From Actinomycetes bacterium (GTDB lineage: Bacteria > Actinomycetota > Acidimicrobiia > Acidimicrobiales > Bog-793), in contig JAJZBI010000006.1 in the NCBI GenBank assembly GCA_021798985.1, positions 74,716 through 138,715 on the forward strand: a DNA stretch of 64,000 nucleotides, read 5' to 3'. This document shows positions 35,260 through 44,453 of this stretch, one piece after another (position 1 is the stretch's first letter; the number at the start of each line of letters is the position of its first letter). The notes beneath the pieces are model-generated. The model saw only the letters and a list, made by a program, of their open reading frames with translations. It did no database searches and was not told where the DNA came from. Made by a program: the position numbers and the translations under genes.

Positions 35260-36236
35260 GCCCGGCGCACAGGGCGCCGCTTGCGTCGCGCGTCGGCGCG
35301 CTCGCCGTACTGTTCGCGACCGGCTCGCTCGTCTTGTTGGGGAGCACGGTGCGAGTCACCGAGTCGGGCATGGGGTGTTCGAGCTGGCCGTTGTGCAACG
35401 GTCAGATCGGGCCGATCGCGCAGTTCCACCCGCTGCTCGAGCAGTCGCATCGCTACCTCGCGGCGCTCGTCTCGATCGGCGTCGTGGTGCTGTATGTGGC
35501 CGCCCGCCGGAGCGGACCACTGGCGTTCCGGCGCTGGACGGCGGTCGGCACCGCCACGATCGTCCTCCAGGTGCCGCTCGGCGCCTTGACGGTCTTTGCC
35601 CACAACGCCCCGCCGACCGTGGCCGCCCATCTGCTCGGCGGCCTCGTGCTGCTCGCCGCGACGGCGCTCGCCGCGGCGGCGAGCTTCGGACTGCTCGACG
35701 ACCGAGCGTGGCGCCTTCGCACGCTGGACGCCGTCGCGATCGCGATGACGGCGCTCCTGCTCGTGTCGGGCACCGTGGTCGCCGACGGCGGGGCCGCGGG
35801 GGTGTGCCCGAGCTGGCCCTGGTGCGCCGCGCATCCGGGGGCTCCTTGGCATCTCGTCACCTTGCAGCTCGTCCATCGCACCATGGCGGGGCTGACCGCG
35901 CTCGTGCTCCTCGCCGCGGCCGGCGCCCGCCTGCGCGGCTCGGCGTGCCCGAAGAGCGAGCGGCGGCTGTGCTGGGGCCTCGTGGCGCTGCTCGGTGCCC
36001 AGGTCGCCGCCGGTGCGCTCGACACCTTGCTGCGGGCACCGGACGCGCTCCAAGACGTCCACATCGGCCTCGCCGGGGCGCTGTGGTGTCTCGCCGCGAT
36101 CATCTTCGTCGGGCGCGCGGGCGCGCCGATCACGGCGCCGCTACCAGACGACCAGGCGGCGCTCGGTGCGCCCGGCACCGAATCGCTGCGGAGCGGAGCG
36201 CTCACGAGCTCGGGGTCGCGCACCACCGCGCGCTGA
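35256..36236 (+). CDS. ctaA: Heme A synthase (COX15/CtaA family)
   Basis: VRVTESGMGCSSWPLCNGQ...EQSHRY, with a second half CPSWPWC...LVHR. Multiple TM segments. ATGA overlap with the upstream gene. Confidence 0.85.
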   Translation: MSPAHRAPLASRVGALAVLFATGSLVLLGSTVRVTESGMGCSSWPLCNGQIGPIAQFHPLLEQSHRYLAALVSIGVVVLYVAARRSGPLAFRRWTAVGTATIVLQVPLGALTVFAHNAPPTVAAHLLGGLVLLAATALAAAASFGLLDDRAWRLRTLDAVAIAMTALLLVSGTVVADGGAAGVCPSWPWCAAHPGAPWHLVTLQLVHRTMAGLTALVLLAAAGARLRGSACPKSERRLCWGLVALLGAQVAAGALDTLLRAPDALQDVHIGLAGALWCLAAIIFVGRAGAPITAPLPDDQAALGAPGTESLRSGALTSSGSRTTAR

Positions 36237-36289
36237 GGCCGAGTCGCGTCCCCCCCGCGCGCCAGCCCACCGGCCGCTAGCCTTCGCCG

Positions 36290-37735
36290 ATGTTTCGCTC
36301 CCGAGCGGCCCGTGCCGTGCTGAGCGCGGCGATCGCCGCCGTGGTCCTGTTCGCCATGGCGGCATCGGCCCCCGCCCAGCGCACGAGCCGGCACGCGCCG
36401 CGCGGCGGCATCCACAAGATTCGCCACATCATCATCATCATCCAGGAGAACCGCTCCTTCGACTCCTACTTCGGGACCTATCCCGGAGCCGTCGGGATCC
36501 CGATGCGCAACGGCACGCCGAGCGTCTGCTCTCCCGACCCGGCAACGGGCGCGTGCGTCGCGCCCTATGTCGACCACGCCGACCGCAACGGCGGCGGCCC
36601 GCACGACTCGGCCAACAGTGGGCCGGACATCGCCGGGGGAAAGATGAACGGCTTTGTCGCCCAGGCCCTGCGGGGCCGGCACCACTGCGCGGACCCGACC
36701 AATCCCGCCTGCGTGCACAGCGCGAGCCCGGACGTGATGGGCTACCACGTGCAAAGCGACATCCCGAACTACTGGGCCTGGGCGCGCAACTACGTGCTCC
36801 AAGACCATCTTTTCGAGTCGGTCCACTCCTGGAGCTTCCCCTCGCACCTGTACTTCGTCTCGGGCTGGTCGGCAAACTGCGCGACGTCCAACCCGATGAG
36901 CTGTCGCAGCTCGGTCGACCCGAAGAACCGCTCGATCGCCCGACCGACCCCGTTCTCGTGGACCGACATCACCTACCTCTTGCACCGCCACCACGTCAGC
37001 TGGGCGTGGTATCTCGACCACGGCGCCGCGCCCTCGCTCCACCTGTTCCGGCGCCGCGGCACGCTGACGGAGACCTTCGTGCCCGGCGTGCCGAAGATCT
37101 GGAACGTCCTGCCCGGCTTCGTCGACGTCCACCAGGACCACCAGACCGGCAACATCCAGAACGAAGGGGACTTCTTCCGCCACGCCCGCGCCGGCACGCT
37201 GCCGGCCGTCTCCTGGCTGCTGCCCGACGGCCCCGATAGCGAGCACCCCCCGGCGCTCGTGAGCACGGGGGAGTCCTACGTCACGCGCCTCGTCGACGCC
37301 GTGATGTCCTCCAAGGACTGGAAGTCGAGCGCGATCTTCATCACCTGGGACGACTGGGGCGGCTTTTACGACAACGTCGTGCCGCCAAAGGTTGACGCCC
37401 TCGGCTTTGGCATCCGGGTGCCGGGACTCGTCATTAGCCCCTACGCCAAGGCCGGCTTTGTCGACCACCAGACGCTCTCGTTCGACTCCTACCTCCGCTT
37501 CATCGAGAACGACTTCCTCGGCGGCCAGAGCCTGAACCCGAAGACCGACGGGCGCCCCGATTCCCGCCCAGACGTCCGTGAGACCCAGAAGATCCTCGGC
37601 TCGCTCGTCAAGGACTTCAACTTCCACCAAAAGCCACGCCCGCCGCTGTTGCTCGCGCCGTGCCCGAAGACCACGCTGACGGGCGTGCCGTCCCCCGCGC
37701 CGAACTGCTCGCTGCCGCCCGGGGTGCGGGGCTAG
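36290..37735 (+). CDS. Secreted phosphoesterase-family protein (phospholipase C / AcpA acid-phosphatase type)
   Basis: Signal peptide AVLSAAIAAVVLFAMAASAPA, then IRHIIIIIQENRSFDSYFGTYPG and ITWDDWGGFYD motifs. Confidence 0.85.
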   Translation: MFRSRAARAVLSAAIAAVVLFAMAASAPAQRTSRHAPRGGIHKIRHIIIIIQENRSFDSYFGTYPGAVGIPMRNGTPSVCSPDPATGACVAPYVDHADRNGGGPHDSANSGPDIAGGKMNGFVAQALRGRHHCADPTNPACVHSASPDVMGYHVQSDIPNYWAWARNYVLQDHLFESVHSWSFPSHLYFVSGWSANCATSNPMSCRSSVDPKNRSIARPTPFSWTDITYLLHRHHVSWAWYLDHGAAPSLHLFRRRGTLTETFVPGVPKIWNVLPGFVDVHQDHQTGNIQNEGDFFRHARAGTLPAVSWLLPDGPDSEHPPALVSTGESYVTRLVDAVMSSKDWKSSAIFITWDDWGGFYDNVVPPKVDALGFGIRVPGLVISPYAKAGFVDHQTLSFDSYLRFIENDFLGGQSLNPKTDGRPDSRPDVRETQKILGSLVKDFNFHQKPRPPLLLAPCPKTTLTGVPSPAPNCSLPPGVRG

Positions 37736-38310
37736 CAGCTGGCGTCGAGCCCCAAGAGCGCGAAGGCGGCGATCGTCCCCGCATCGACGATCTCGCCGGC
37801 TTGGATCATCGCCGTCACCTCGGCATCGGAAAAGAAGGCCTGGACCATGTCCTGCTCGCTCGGCTCGCGCGCGGGCGGCCCGGGCACGAGCCCGGTGGCG
37901 AGGAAGATGTCGATCGCCTGGGCGGAGAAGCCGTAGGCGGGGTAGAGGTGGCCGAGCTGGCGCAGCTCGGTGGCGGAAAAGCCGGTCTCCTCGCGCAGCT
38001 CGGCGGCGGCGAGCGCCGCCTGATCGCCCTGCGGCGGCCCGCTCCACGAGCCTTGGGGGAACTCCCAAGCCCGTCGATTCGGAACGTAGCGGTACTGCTC
38101 GACGAGCCAGACGCCGCCGGCCTCCCGGGGCATCACGAGGGCGAAGTCGGGCTTCTCGACGACGCCGTAGAGGGTGCCGACGCCGTCGCTTCGCACGATG
38201 CGGTCCTCGCGCACCCGCATCCAGGGGTTCTCATAGACGAGGCGGCTCGAGAGCCGCCGGGGCGCCCCCGCCACGGTCTTGGGACCAGCTCCGCTTGGCG
38301 TCGTGCTCAT
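37732..38310 (-). CDS. NUDIX hydrolase (ADP-ribose pyrophosphatase-like)
   Basis: Nudix box GDQAALAAAELREETGF, with LVYENPWMRVRED at the N-terminus. Trimmed to ATG 38310, which overlaps the upstream stop. Confidence 0.8.
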   Translation of the reverse strand: MSTTPSGAGPKTVAGAPRRLSSRLVYENPWMRVREDRIVRSDGVGTLYGVVEKPDFALVMPREAGGVWLVEQYRYVPNRRAWEFPQGSWSGPPQGDQAALAAAELREETGFSATELRQLGHLYPAYGFSAQAIDIFLATGLVPGPPAREPSEQDMVQAFFSDAEVTAMIQAGEIVDAGTIAAFALLGLDASC

Positions 38311-39278
38311 GGGCGGGGCGTGGCGCCGGTGAGCACGGTCGCCAGCCGGTCGCTGTCGACGTTGGCGCCGCTGTGGATGACCGCCACGCGCCGGCCGGCC
38401 ATCTCGGCTCGCTCGCGCTCCAGCCCGGCGAGCGCCAGCGCCCCCGCCGGCTCGGCGACGTTGTGGGTGCTCGCGTACATCAGCCGCATCGCCTCGGCCG
38501 CCTCGTCCTCGCTCAGCGCGATGACGCGGGCCGCCCCGGCGACGATCGCGGCGACGGCGTCGGGATCGGGGACCCGGCACGCCACGCCGTCGACGAAGGT
38601 CGCGGCCTCTTCGGTGCTAACGGCGCGGCGCGCCGCGAACGAGCGGGCCATCGCCGGGGCGTTCTCGGCGACCACCCCGATGATCTCGGTGGAATAGCCG
38701 AGGAGGTCGCGCACCGCGATCAGGCCGCAGATGCCCGAGCCCATCCCGACGGGGACGTAGATCGCGTCGAGCGGGCCGGTTGCCGCGAAGAGCTCGGCGG
38801 CATAGGTCGCCACGCCGAGCACGAGGTCGCGGTGAAAGGAAGGGACGACGAAGCGTCCGCCGCCGGCACCGAGTACCTCGGCGTGCTCGCGCGCGGCTTG
38901 GAAGTCGCGGCCGACGACGACGAGCTCGGCGCCAAAGGCGCGCATCGCGGCGTTCTTCTCCACGCTGTTGTGCTCGGGCACGACGATCGTCACCGAAAGG
39001 CCATGCGCGCGGCCGGCGAAGGCGAGGCTCTGGCCGTGGTTGCCCCGCGTCGCCGAGACGATGCCGGTGATCTCGGGGCGTGCGGCGCGAAGGCGCGCCA
39101 CGAGAACGAGACCGCCGCGGACCTTGAAGGACCCGGTCGGGGTGTGGTTCTCGTGTTTCACCCACACCTCGGCGCGATAGCGCTCGGCGAGCAGCGGCCA
39201 GGGGTACTGCGGCGTCGGCGGCACGTGGCGCCCGACGAGCTCTCGCGCGCCGGCCAGCTCCTCAACGCCAAAGCCCAT
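38307..39278 (-). CDS. PLP-dependent threonine dehydratase/ammonia-lyase family protein
   Basis: HENHTPTGSFKVRGG (PLP Lys) and GVVSATRGNHGQS-like motifs. Trimmed to ATG 39278. Confidence 0.8.
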   Translation of the reverse strand: MGFGVEELAGARELVGRHVPPTPQYPWPLLAERYRAEVWVKHENHTPTGSFKVRGGLVLVARLRAARPEITGIVSATRGNHGQSLAFAGRAHGLSVTIVVPEHNSVEKNAAMRAFGAELVVVGRDFQAAREHAEVLGAGGGRFVVPSFHRDLVLGVATYAAELFAATGPLDAIYVPVGMGSGICGLIAVRDLLGYSTEIIGVVAENAPAMARSFAARRAVSTEEAATFVDGVACRVPDPDAVAAIVAGAARVIALSEDEAAEAMRLMYASTHNVAEPAGALALAGLERERAEMAGRRVAVIHSGANVDSDRLATVLTGATPRP

Positions 39279-39295
39279 CCCGGCCAGCTCGGTCC

Positions 39296-40354
39296 TCACC
39301 GGGGTGCCGCCGCCCGTCGGGCCGGCGCCGCCACCCGGCGACCGGCGGTGCCGGCGAGCTGGCCGCAGGCCGCCGCGATCTCGCGCCCGCGCGTCTTGCG
39401 CACCGTCGCGTTCACCCCAAGGGAGGACAACGTGTCGCGAAAGGCGCGCACGGCAGCGGGCGGCGAGCCGAGCACGGGGTAGCCGGGGGTCGGGTTGAGC
39501 GGGATCAAGTTGACGTGCGCGCTGATCTGGTGGCAGAGCCCGGCGAGCTCCTCGGCATCGCGCGGGGTGTCGTTGACCCCAGCGATCAGCGCCCACTCGA
39601 ACGAGACCCGCCGGTGGGTCGCCTCGACGTAGTCCCGGCACGCCGCCATCAGCGCGCCGAGGGGGTAGCGGCGATTAAGTGGCACCAGCTCGTTGCGCAG
39701 CGCGTCGTTGGCGGCATGCAGCGAGACGGCCAGGTTGACCTGCAGCGGTGCTGCCGCCAGGCGCTCGATGCCGGGGATGACCCCGACGGTCGAGACGGTG
39801 ACGTGGCGCGCCGCCAGGTCGAGGTCAGAGACGATCCCCTCGATCGCCCGCCACACGGCGGCGAAGTTGGCGAGCGGCTCGCCCATGCCCATGAAGACCA
39901 CGTGGTCGAGGCGCCGGCCGGCGTCTTTGGCGGCGCGCGCGGCGCGCACGACCTGCTCGAGGATCTCCCCCGAGCGCAGTTGGCGGCGATAACCGCCCTG
40001 GCCGGTGGCACAGAACGAGCAGGCCATCGCGCAGCCCGCCTGGGAGGAGACGCACACGCTGCAGCGCCGCTCGGAATACATGAGGACGGTCTCGATCTGC
40101 TCGCCGTCGGCCAGCCGGAAGAGCCACTTGGCCGTCGCGCCGTCGTCGGCGAGCTGCTCGGTCACGAGCGCGAGCGCCGGGGCGAGCTCGGGGCGGGCCG
40201 CCAGCTCGGCGCGCAGCGCGGCGGGAAGGACGGTGAGCTCCTCGGGAGCGGCCAGCTGGCGGTACAGGCCGTCCCAGAGCTGGCGGACGCGATAGGCGGG
40301 CTCGGCGGCGAGCAGCTCGGCGAGCTCGGCCTTGGTGGCGTCGTAGCGGCTCAC
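39296..40354 (-). CDS. rlmN: 23S rRNA/tRNA (adenine-C2)-methyltransferase RlmN (radical SAM)
   Basis: SSQAGCAMACSFCATGQ, VVFMGMGEPLAN and SLHA...R..L.P motifs. About 350 aa. Confidence 0.9.
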   Translation of the reverse strand: MSRYDATKAELAELLAAEPAYRVRQLWDGLYRQLAAPEELTVLPAALRAELAARPELAPALALVTEQLADDGATAKWLFRLADGEQIETVLMYSERRCSVCVSSQAGCAMACSFCATGQGGYRRQLRSGEILEQVVRAARAAKDAGRRLDHVVFMGMGEPLANFAAVWRAIEGIVSDLDLAARHVTVSTVGVIPGIERLAAAPLQVNLAVSLHAANDALRNELVPLNRRYPLGALMAACRDYVEATHRRVSFEWALIAGVNDTPRDAEELAGLCHQISAHVNLIPLNPTPGYPVLGSPPAAVRAFRDTLSSLGVNATVRKTRGREIAAACGQLAGTAGRRVAAPARRAAAPR

Positions 40355-41277
40355 GTGCCGAGGGGGGTCACGTCGGTGACATAGGCCCGGTCATGGTGGT
40401 CGACCGCGAAGCCGAAGGACTTATACAGGTGCAGCGCCGCCTCATTCGAGGCGTCCACGTACAACATCACGCCATCACAGCCCACCCCGGCGAGGTGGCG
40501 GCACCCGGCGGCGAGCAGTGCGGCCCCGAGCCCTTCGCCGGCGAGCTCGGGGTCGACAGCGAGCACGTAGATCTCCCCGAGGCCGCGGTCCTCGGGCGTG
40601 TCCACCTTGGTCCAGCACGAGCCGATCAGGCGGCCGTCGTGCTCGGCGAGCAAGAGGCCGGCGGGATCGAACCAGGCCTGGTCCTCGCGCGCGGCCATCG
40701 TGTGGGCATCCCAGGCCCCCTGCTCGGGGTGATGGGCAAAGGCGCGGTTGTTCAGCGCCAGCCACGCCTTCTCGTCCTCGCCGACGCGAAACGCGCGCAG
40801 CGTGAGGACATCGGCGCGCGCGTCGAGTCCGGACTCGAGGGGGAGGAGGCGGCGCATCTGGTAGAGCTCGCGGCCGCGATTGAGGCCGAGCTCGGCGGCG
40901 ATCGCGTCGTCGGCCTCGCCCGCCTGGGCGACCCAGAAGTGCACATGTCCGCCGCCGTGCAGCTTGACCTCGGCGAGCGCAGCCCGGAGCAGCTCGATGC
41001 CAAGGCCCTGGTCGCGATGCGCAGGGTGGACGGCGACCTCGACCTGCCAATTTCCCTGACCCCGGCTGAGCTGGGCGTAGCCGAGGAGGCGCCGGTCGCC
41101 TCCGCGCCGGGCGACGAAGCCCGCGGAGCCGGTACGGCCCCCGTGCACGAGGTCCAGCCACTGGTGCTCGCCGAGCGCGGCGTGGTGATCGGCGGCCTCC
41201 ACCGCCGAGAGCAGGGCGGCGATCTCGGCGATGTCCTCCTCGCCCAGACGGCGCTTGACCTCGACGGCGTGCATCAT
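40351..41277 (-). CDS. mshD: Mycothiol synthase (tandem GNAT acetyltransferase)
   Basis: The two-GNAT architecture carries NNRAFAHHPEQGAW, AWFDPAGLLL, CWTKV and GLGEIYVLAVDP, which closely resemble M. tuberculosis MshD motifs recalled from memory. Confidence 0.85.
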   Translation of the reverse strand: MMHAVEVKRRLGEEDIAEIAALLSAVEAADHHAALGEHQWLDLVHGGRTGSAGFVARRGGDRRLLGYAQLSRGQGNWQVEVAVHPAHRDQGLGIELLRAALAEVKLHGGGHVHFWVAQAGEADDAIAAELGLNRGRELYQMRRLLPLESGLDARADVLTLRAFRVGEDEKAWLALNNRAFAHHPEQGAWDAHTMAAREDQAWFDPAGLLLAEHDGRLIGSCWTKVDTPEDRGLGEIYVLAVDPELAGEGLGAALLAAGCRHLAGVGCDGVMLYVDASNEAALHLYKSFGFAVDHHDRAYVTDVTPLGT

Positions 41278-41514
41278 TGCAGCGTATCGGCCTGAACTCC
41301 GTCCTCGCCGCCGAGCACCGGCACCGGGGAGCAGCCGGTGGTCACCTGCCGTCTGCAGTCGGGACTCGCGCTCAGGTTCTTCCGACGTCGCGCCTGGTGC
41401 GACAACGGGCGATCCTCGCCAGCCGCCTTGCTGCGCGCGCCGAGGGGCGCCGCCACCGCGTGACGCAAGATGGCATCGAGTGGGAACACGCGTGGCGCAC
41501 CGCTGCGCCTGGTG

Positions 41515-42669
41515 CTAACAGACGTTGCCGGTCCAGGCCCTTCCGTCCCAGTAGCGGTACTGCGGTTCGCCGGTGAAGTCGGGATACCAGCCTGCGGGCG
41601 GCAACGGGGTGGGGTCAGCCGGCGCCTCAGCAGCAGGTGCGGCCGCCGTCGGCTCGGCGGGCTCGTCGGTGTCGGCGCTCGCGCGCTGTTCAGTCGCAGC
41701 GCGCCGAGCGAGCAGGCGGATGTCGGCGACGGCGTCGCGCAGCTCCGCCGCCGAGCGCGCGAGGTCGCGCACGGCTGCGGTGTGGCTCTGCAGGTGGAGC
41801 GCGTACTCGCCGACGGCGGCGCGCAGGTCGGCAAGCTCCTTTTCCATCTGCAGGCTGCGGTGGTTGCTGTCGGCGACTGTATCGACGAGTCGCCGCAGCA
41901 GGTAAGTGTCCTCGCCCGAAGGGAGGCGCGGTGCCTCGCTGGCTGGCAACAGGACGGTTACCTTGCTCGGGCCAGCGCTCTCGGCCCCCGTGTCGCGCGC
42001 TGGCAGTCCAGCATCGGGCGGGCCCCGGGAGGGCGCGGTTTCGGCGATCGCCTGGCGCAGGCGTCCCGTCTCACCGATCAACGCCTCGAGGACGAGCGGC
42101 GTCGGGTCCTCCGAGCGCCGACGGTCGAACATGCCGAGCAGGACGTAGGCGATCCCGAGCAGCAAGGCGACGCCCAGGAAGATCAGCCCTTGGCGGCTGC
42201 GGACGAAGAGCACGAGGTAGCCGACGTCGGGAATTGTTCCGGCATACCGCCCGATCACATTGGCACCCGGCGTCGCGAAGACGTCGGGGCCGGGATTCGA
42301 ATCCCCCTTGGTCTGAAAGATCAGCTGCCCGTGCACCCTGGAGATGCTGATGACCCGGTGGACCACCTCGGCCGGCAAGCCGTACTTCTGCTGGTCTTGT
42401 TGCGGCACCGCCACGGCGATGATCTCGTGTAGGCGGATCTGGTCGGGTTGCACCCCGTGGAGCAGCACCAGATCTCCGGTCCGGAGCACCGGCAACATGG
42501 AGTGTCCCTCGACCGGCACGACCGGCGGGTTGACGTGCCAGGCGATGGCGGCCGCCACGTAGCCGCCGACCGCGCTCAGAGCGAGGAACGGAAACGACCA
42601 CCACAAGAGCACGGTCGCGAGCCGGCGCAGACGCCGTCTTCGCCCCCGGGCGTGGGCTGGTGCTCCCAT
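41515..42669 (-). CDS. SipW/archaeal-type signal peptidase I fused to a coiled-coil region and a C-terminal DUF2510-like motif
   Basis: Catalytic boxes VEGHSMLPVL (Ser), VVHRVI (His) and TKGDSN, flanked by TM segments. C-terminal GWYPDFTGEPQYRYWDGRAWT. Confidence 0.75.
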   Translation of the reverse strand: MGAPAHARGRRRRLRRLATVLLWWSFPFLALSAVGGYVAAAIAWHVNPPVVPVEGHSMLPVLRTGDLVLLHGVQPDQIRLHEIIAVAVPQQDQQKYGLPAEVVHRVISISRVHGQLIFQTKGDSNPGPDVFATPGANVIGRYAGTIPDVGYLVLFVRSRQGLIFLGVALLLGIAYVLLGMFDRRRSEDPTPLVLEALIGETGRLRQAIAETAPSRGPPDAGLPARDTGAESAGPSKVTVLLPASEAPRLPSGEDTYLLRRLVDTVADSNHRSLQMEKELADLRAAVGEYALHLQSHTAAVRDLARSAAELRDAVADIRLLARRAATEQRASADTDEPAEPTAAAPAAEAPADPTPLPPAGWYPDFTGEPQYRYWDGRAWTGNVC

Positions 42670-42673
42670 AACG

Positions 42674-43501
42674 CTAGGCGGCGCTCGCTCGGACGAAGAA
42701 GCTCAGGGTTCCGAGCTGACTCTGCTGGCCCGTTGGACTGTGTCCGGGCGTGAGGATCGAGAGTCCGACGAAGAAGATGCGCTGTGACCCGGCCTGCGAG
42801 GAGATGAGGCACGGAGTTGTTGACACCGCGGCGGAGCACGCAACCTCGGACCCCGAGAGGTCGGTGGAAGGCAGCAGGTAACCCGAGAGGAGGGAGGTGG
42901 AGAGGAAGAGCGCCGCTGCCCCAGTGGTGGGGTCCGAGCTGACCGACGAGGAGCCGGTTGCGGGCTGCAGCTGGCCGCAGTAGGGCATGTTGTTGGTCGC
43001 GGTGAAGCTGATGGTCTCGGGGGCCCCGCTCGGGGTGGTCGCCGTCGAGCCGCTGCATGATCCCGTCGCCACGGGCGCGTACAGCCCAACCGAGATCTGG
43101 GCATTGGGGTTGTTCAACACCTTCCCAGCATCGTTGGGGTCCAGCCAGCTGATCGAGACCTTGATCGCGTTCGCTTCGCTTGCCGCGGTGGTGACGGCGG
43201 CGATGACCAGGTCGTCTTGCTTCTGCGCAGCGCCCGTGCCCGCCGACATGGTCGCGCTCATGTCGGTCACCGAGGCGATCCCGCCGCTCGAAGGAACCCC
43301 GGCCGGAGGAGTGATGCTGAGCGAGCTTGTCCCCGTAGTCCCGAGGAAGAAGAGCGACCCTGTCGTCAGCGCGGTGAGTGCGACGATGGCGACCGCGATC
43401 GGCTTGCGCCGTCGAGCGAGGCGCGACGACCGCACCGAAGGTGCACCGAGTCCCGGGTGTCCGTCCGGGATCGGCGAACCGTTTGCGACGTCAGTGCCCA
43501 C
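42674..43501 (-). CDS. Exported Ser/Thr-rich protein, putative cargo of the adjacent signal peptidase
   Basis: A basic N-terminus and TM segment (IAVAIVALTALTTGSLFFLGTTGTSSLSITPP) are followed by Ser/Thr-rich, beta-rich sequence. The gene sits 5 nt upstream of the peptidase gene. Confidence 0.6.
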   Translation of the reverse strand: MGTDVANGSPIPDGHPGLGAPSVRSSRLARRRKPIAVAIVALTALTTGSLFFLGTTGTSSLSITPPAGVPSSGGIASVTDMSATMSAGTGAAQKQDDLVIAAVTTAASEANAIKVSISWLDPNDAGKVLNNPNAQISVGLYAPVATGSCSGSTATTPSGAPETISFTATNNMPYCGQLQPATGSSSVSSDPTTGAAALFLSTSLLSGYLLPSTDLSGSEVACSAAVSTTPCLISSQAGSQRIFFVGLSILTPGHSPTGQQSQLGTLSFFVRASAA

Positions 43502-43508
43502 CGCGCTC

Positions 43509-44330
43509 CTAGTAGGCCGTCGCGGTATAGAAGAACTCTGGCCCGAGGGCGCCGTTGGTGCTGGTCGTGCTAGTGCAGTAGAAGGAGCCCCCCTTCTCCA
43601 TCGTCAGCTCGTAATAGCCTGGTTGCGTCAGGTTGAGCTGGAGCGATCCGGAGTCGTTGGTGATGTAGGTCGAAGTCGACAGCACATCTGGCGCTTTCAC
43701 TGAACCGGCGTTGGCATCGCTTGGCACCGAGCCGTCGGCGGGCTCCCAGACACAGTCGGACGTGGTCGCGTCGGCGGTCGTCGTCACCGCCGAGCAGGTG
43801 CTCGATGATGTCGCCGGAGGACCGAGCGTGGCGGGCGAGGTGGTTGAGGTCCCGGTCAGCACCGTCGCCAGATACCAGACCTGGACGGGCAGCGCGAATG
43901 AGCTGTAGTCACTCTGCAAGGCGGGGAGGTTGGTGATGTAGGCGCTCACGTCCAAGCCGTCGCTGACTGCAGAGGCGTTGAAGAAGGCCAGGTCACCAGG
44001 CGTCGTGACGGAGCCCGCCGCCCCCGCTACCGGCGACCAGGAGGGTGGGGAGAAGGTCGTCGCGGGCGTCCCCGTCCCGTGGACGAGGGGCTCGGGCGCG
44101 ACCCCCGACGTGACCACGAAGTTGGACTCGGTGGCATTCGGGCTGCTGATCGAGATGCTGGTCGTTCCGGTGGATCCCAAGAAGGAAACACCGAGCGCGG
44201 CCCCGACGACGAGCAAGACGGCAAGCGATACGACCAGGAAGCGCTTGCGGGTCTTGGTCCGCTTCGCCGCACGTCGCCGAATCTCGTCCGTGAGCCGGAC
44301 CTCACCGGAATCGAGAGTGGCAAGACTCAT
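43509..44330 (-). CDS. Exported Ser/Thr-rich protein, putative cargo of the adjacent signal peptidase
   Basis: Basic N-terminus and TM segment (FLVVSLAVLLVVGAALGVSFLGSTGTTSISISSP). GGAGGGACCAG precedes the ATG on the coding strand. Confidence 0.6.
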   Translation of the reverse strand: MSLATLDSGEVRLTDEIRRRAAKRTKTRKRFLVVSLAVLLVVGAALGVSFLGSTGTTSISISSPNATESNFVVTSGVAPEPLVHGTGTPATTFSPPSWSPVAGAAGSVTTPGDLAFFNASAVSDGLDVSAYITNLPALQSDYSSFALPVQVWYLATVLTGTSTTSPATLGPPATSSSTCSAVTTTADATTSDCVWEPADGSVPSDANAGSVKAPDVLSTSTYITNDSGSLQLNLTQPGYYELTMEKGGSFYCTSTTSTNGALGPEFFYTATAY

Positions 44331-44438
44331 CTGGTCCCTCCGCGCAGCTCATTGACCCTGTGGTGACGGTGGCGTGGCACACGTTCTGTGTCGCTACCAC
44401 TATCGCATCGATTTAGTCCCAGCGTCGACCGGAATTTC

Positions 44439-44453
44439 GTGGCGCGATGCCAC
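44439..44453. promoter_or_regulatory. Palindrome GTGGC-N5-GCCAC upstream of the exported-protein operon
   Basis: gtggcgcgatgccac lies about 110 nt upstream of the 44330 start, in a locally AT-richer stretch. A possible operator; no function shown. Confidence 0.25.

Noticed and set aside
32053-38068. Very long minus-strand ORFs (1057 aa and 871 aa) across the rSAM, ctaA and phosphoesterase region
   Set aside because: These are high-G+C shadow ORFs. The plus-strand frames carry the CX3CX2C radical-SAM, CtaA and phosphoesterase signatures, while the minus-strand products are R/G/A/D low-complexity.
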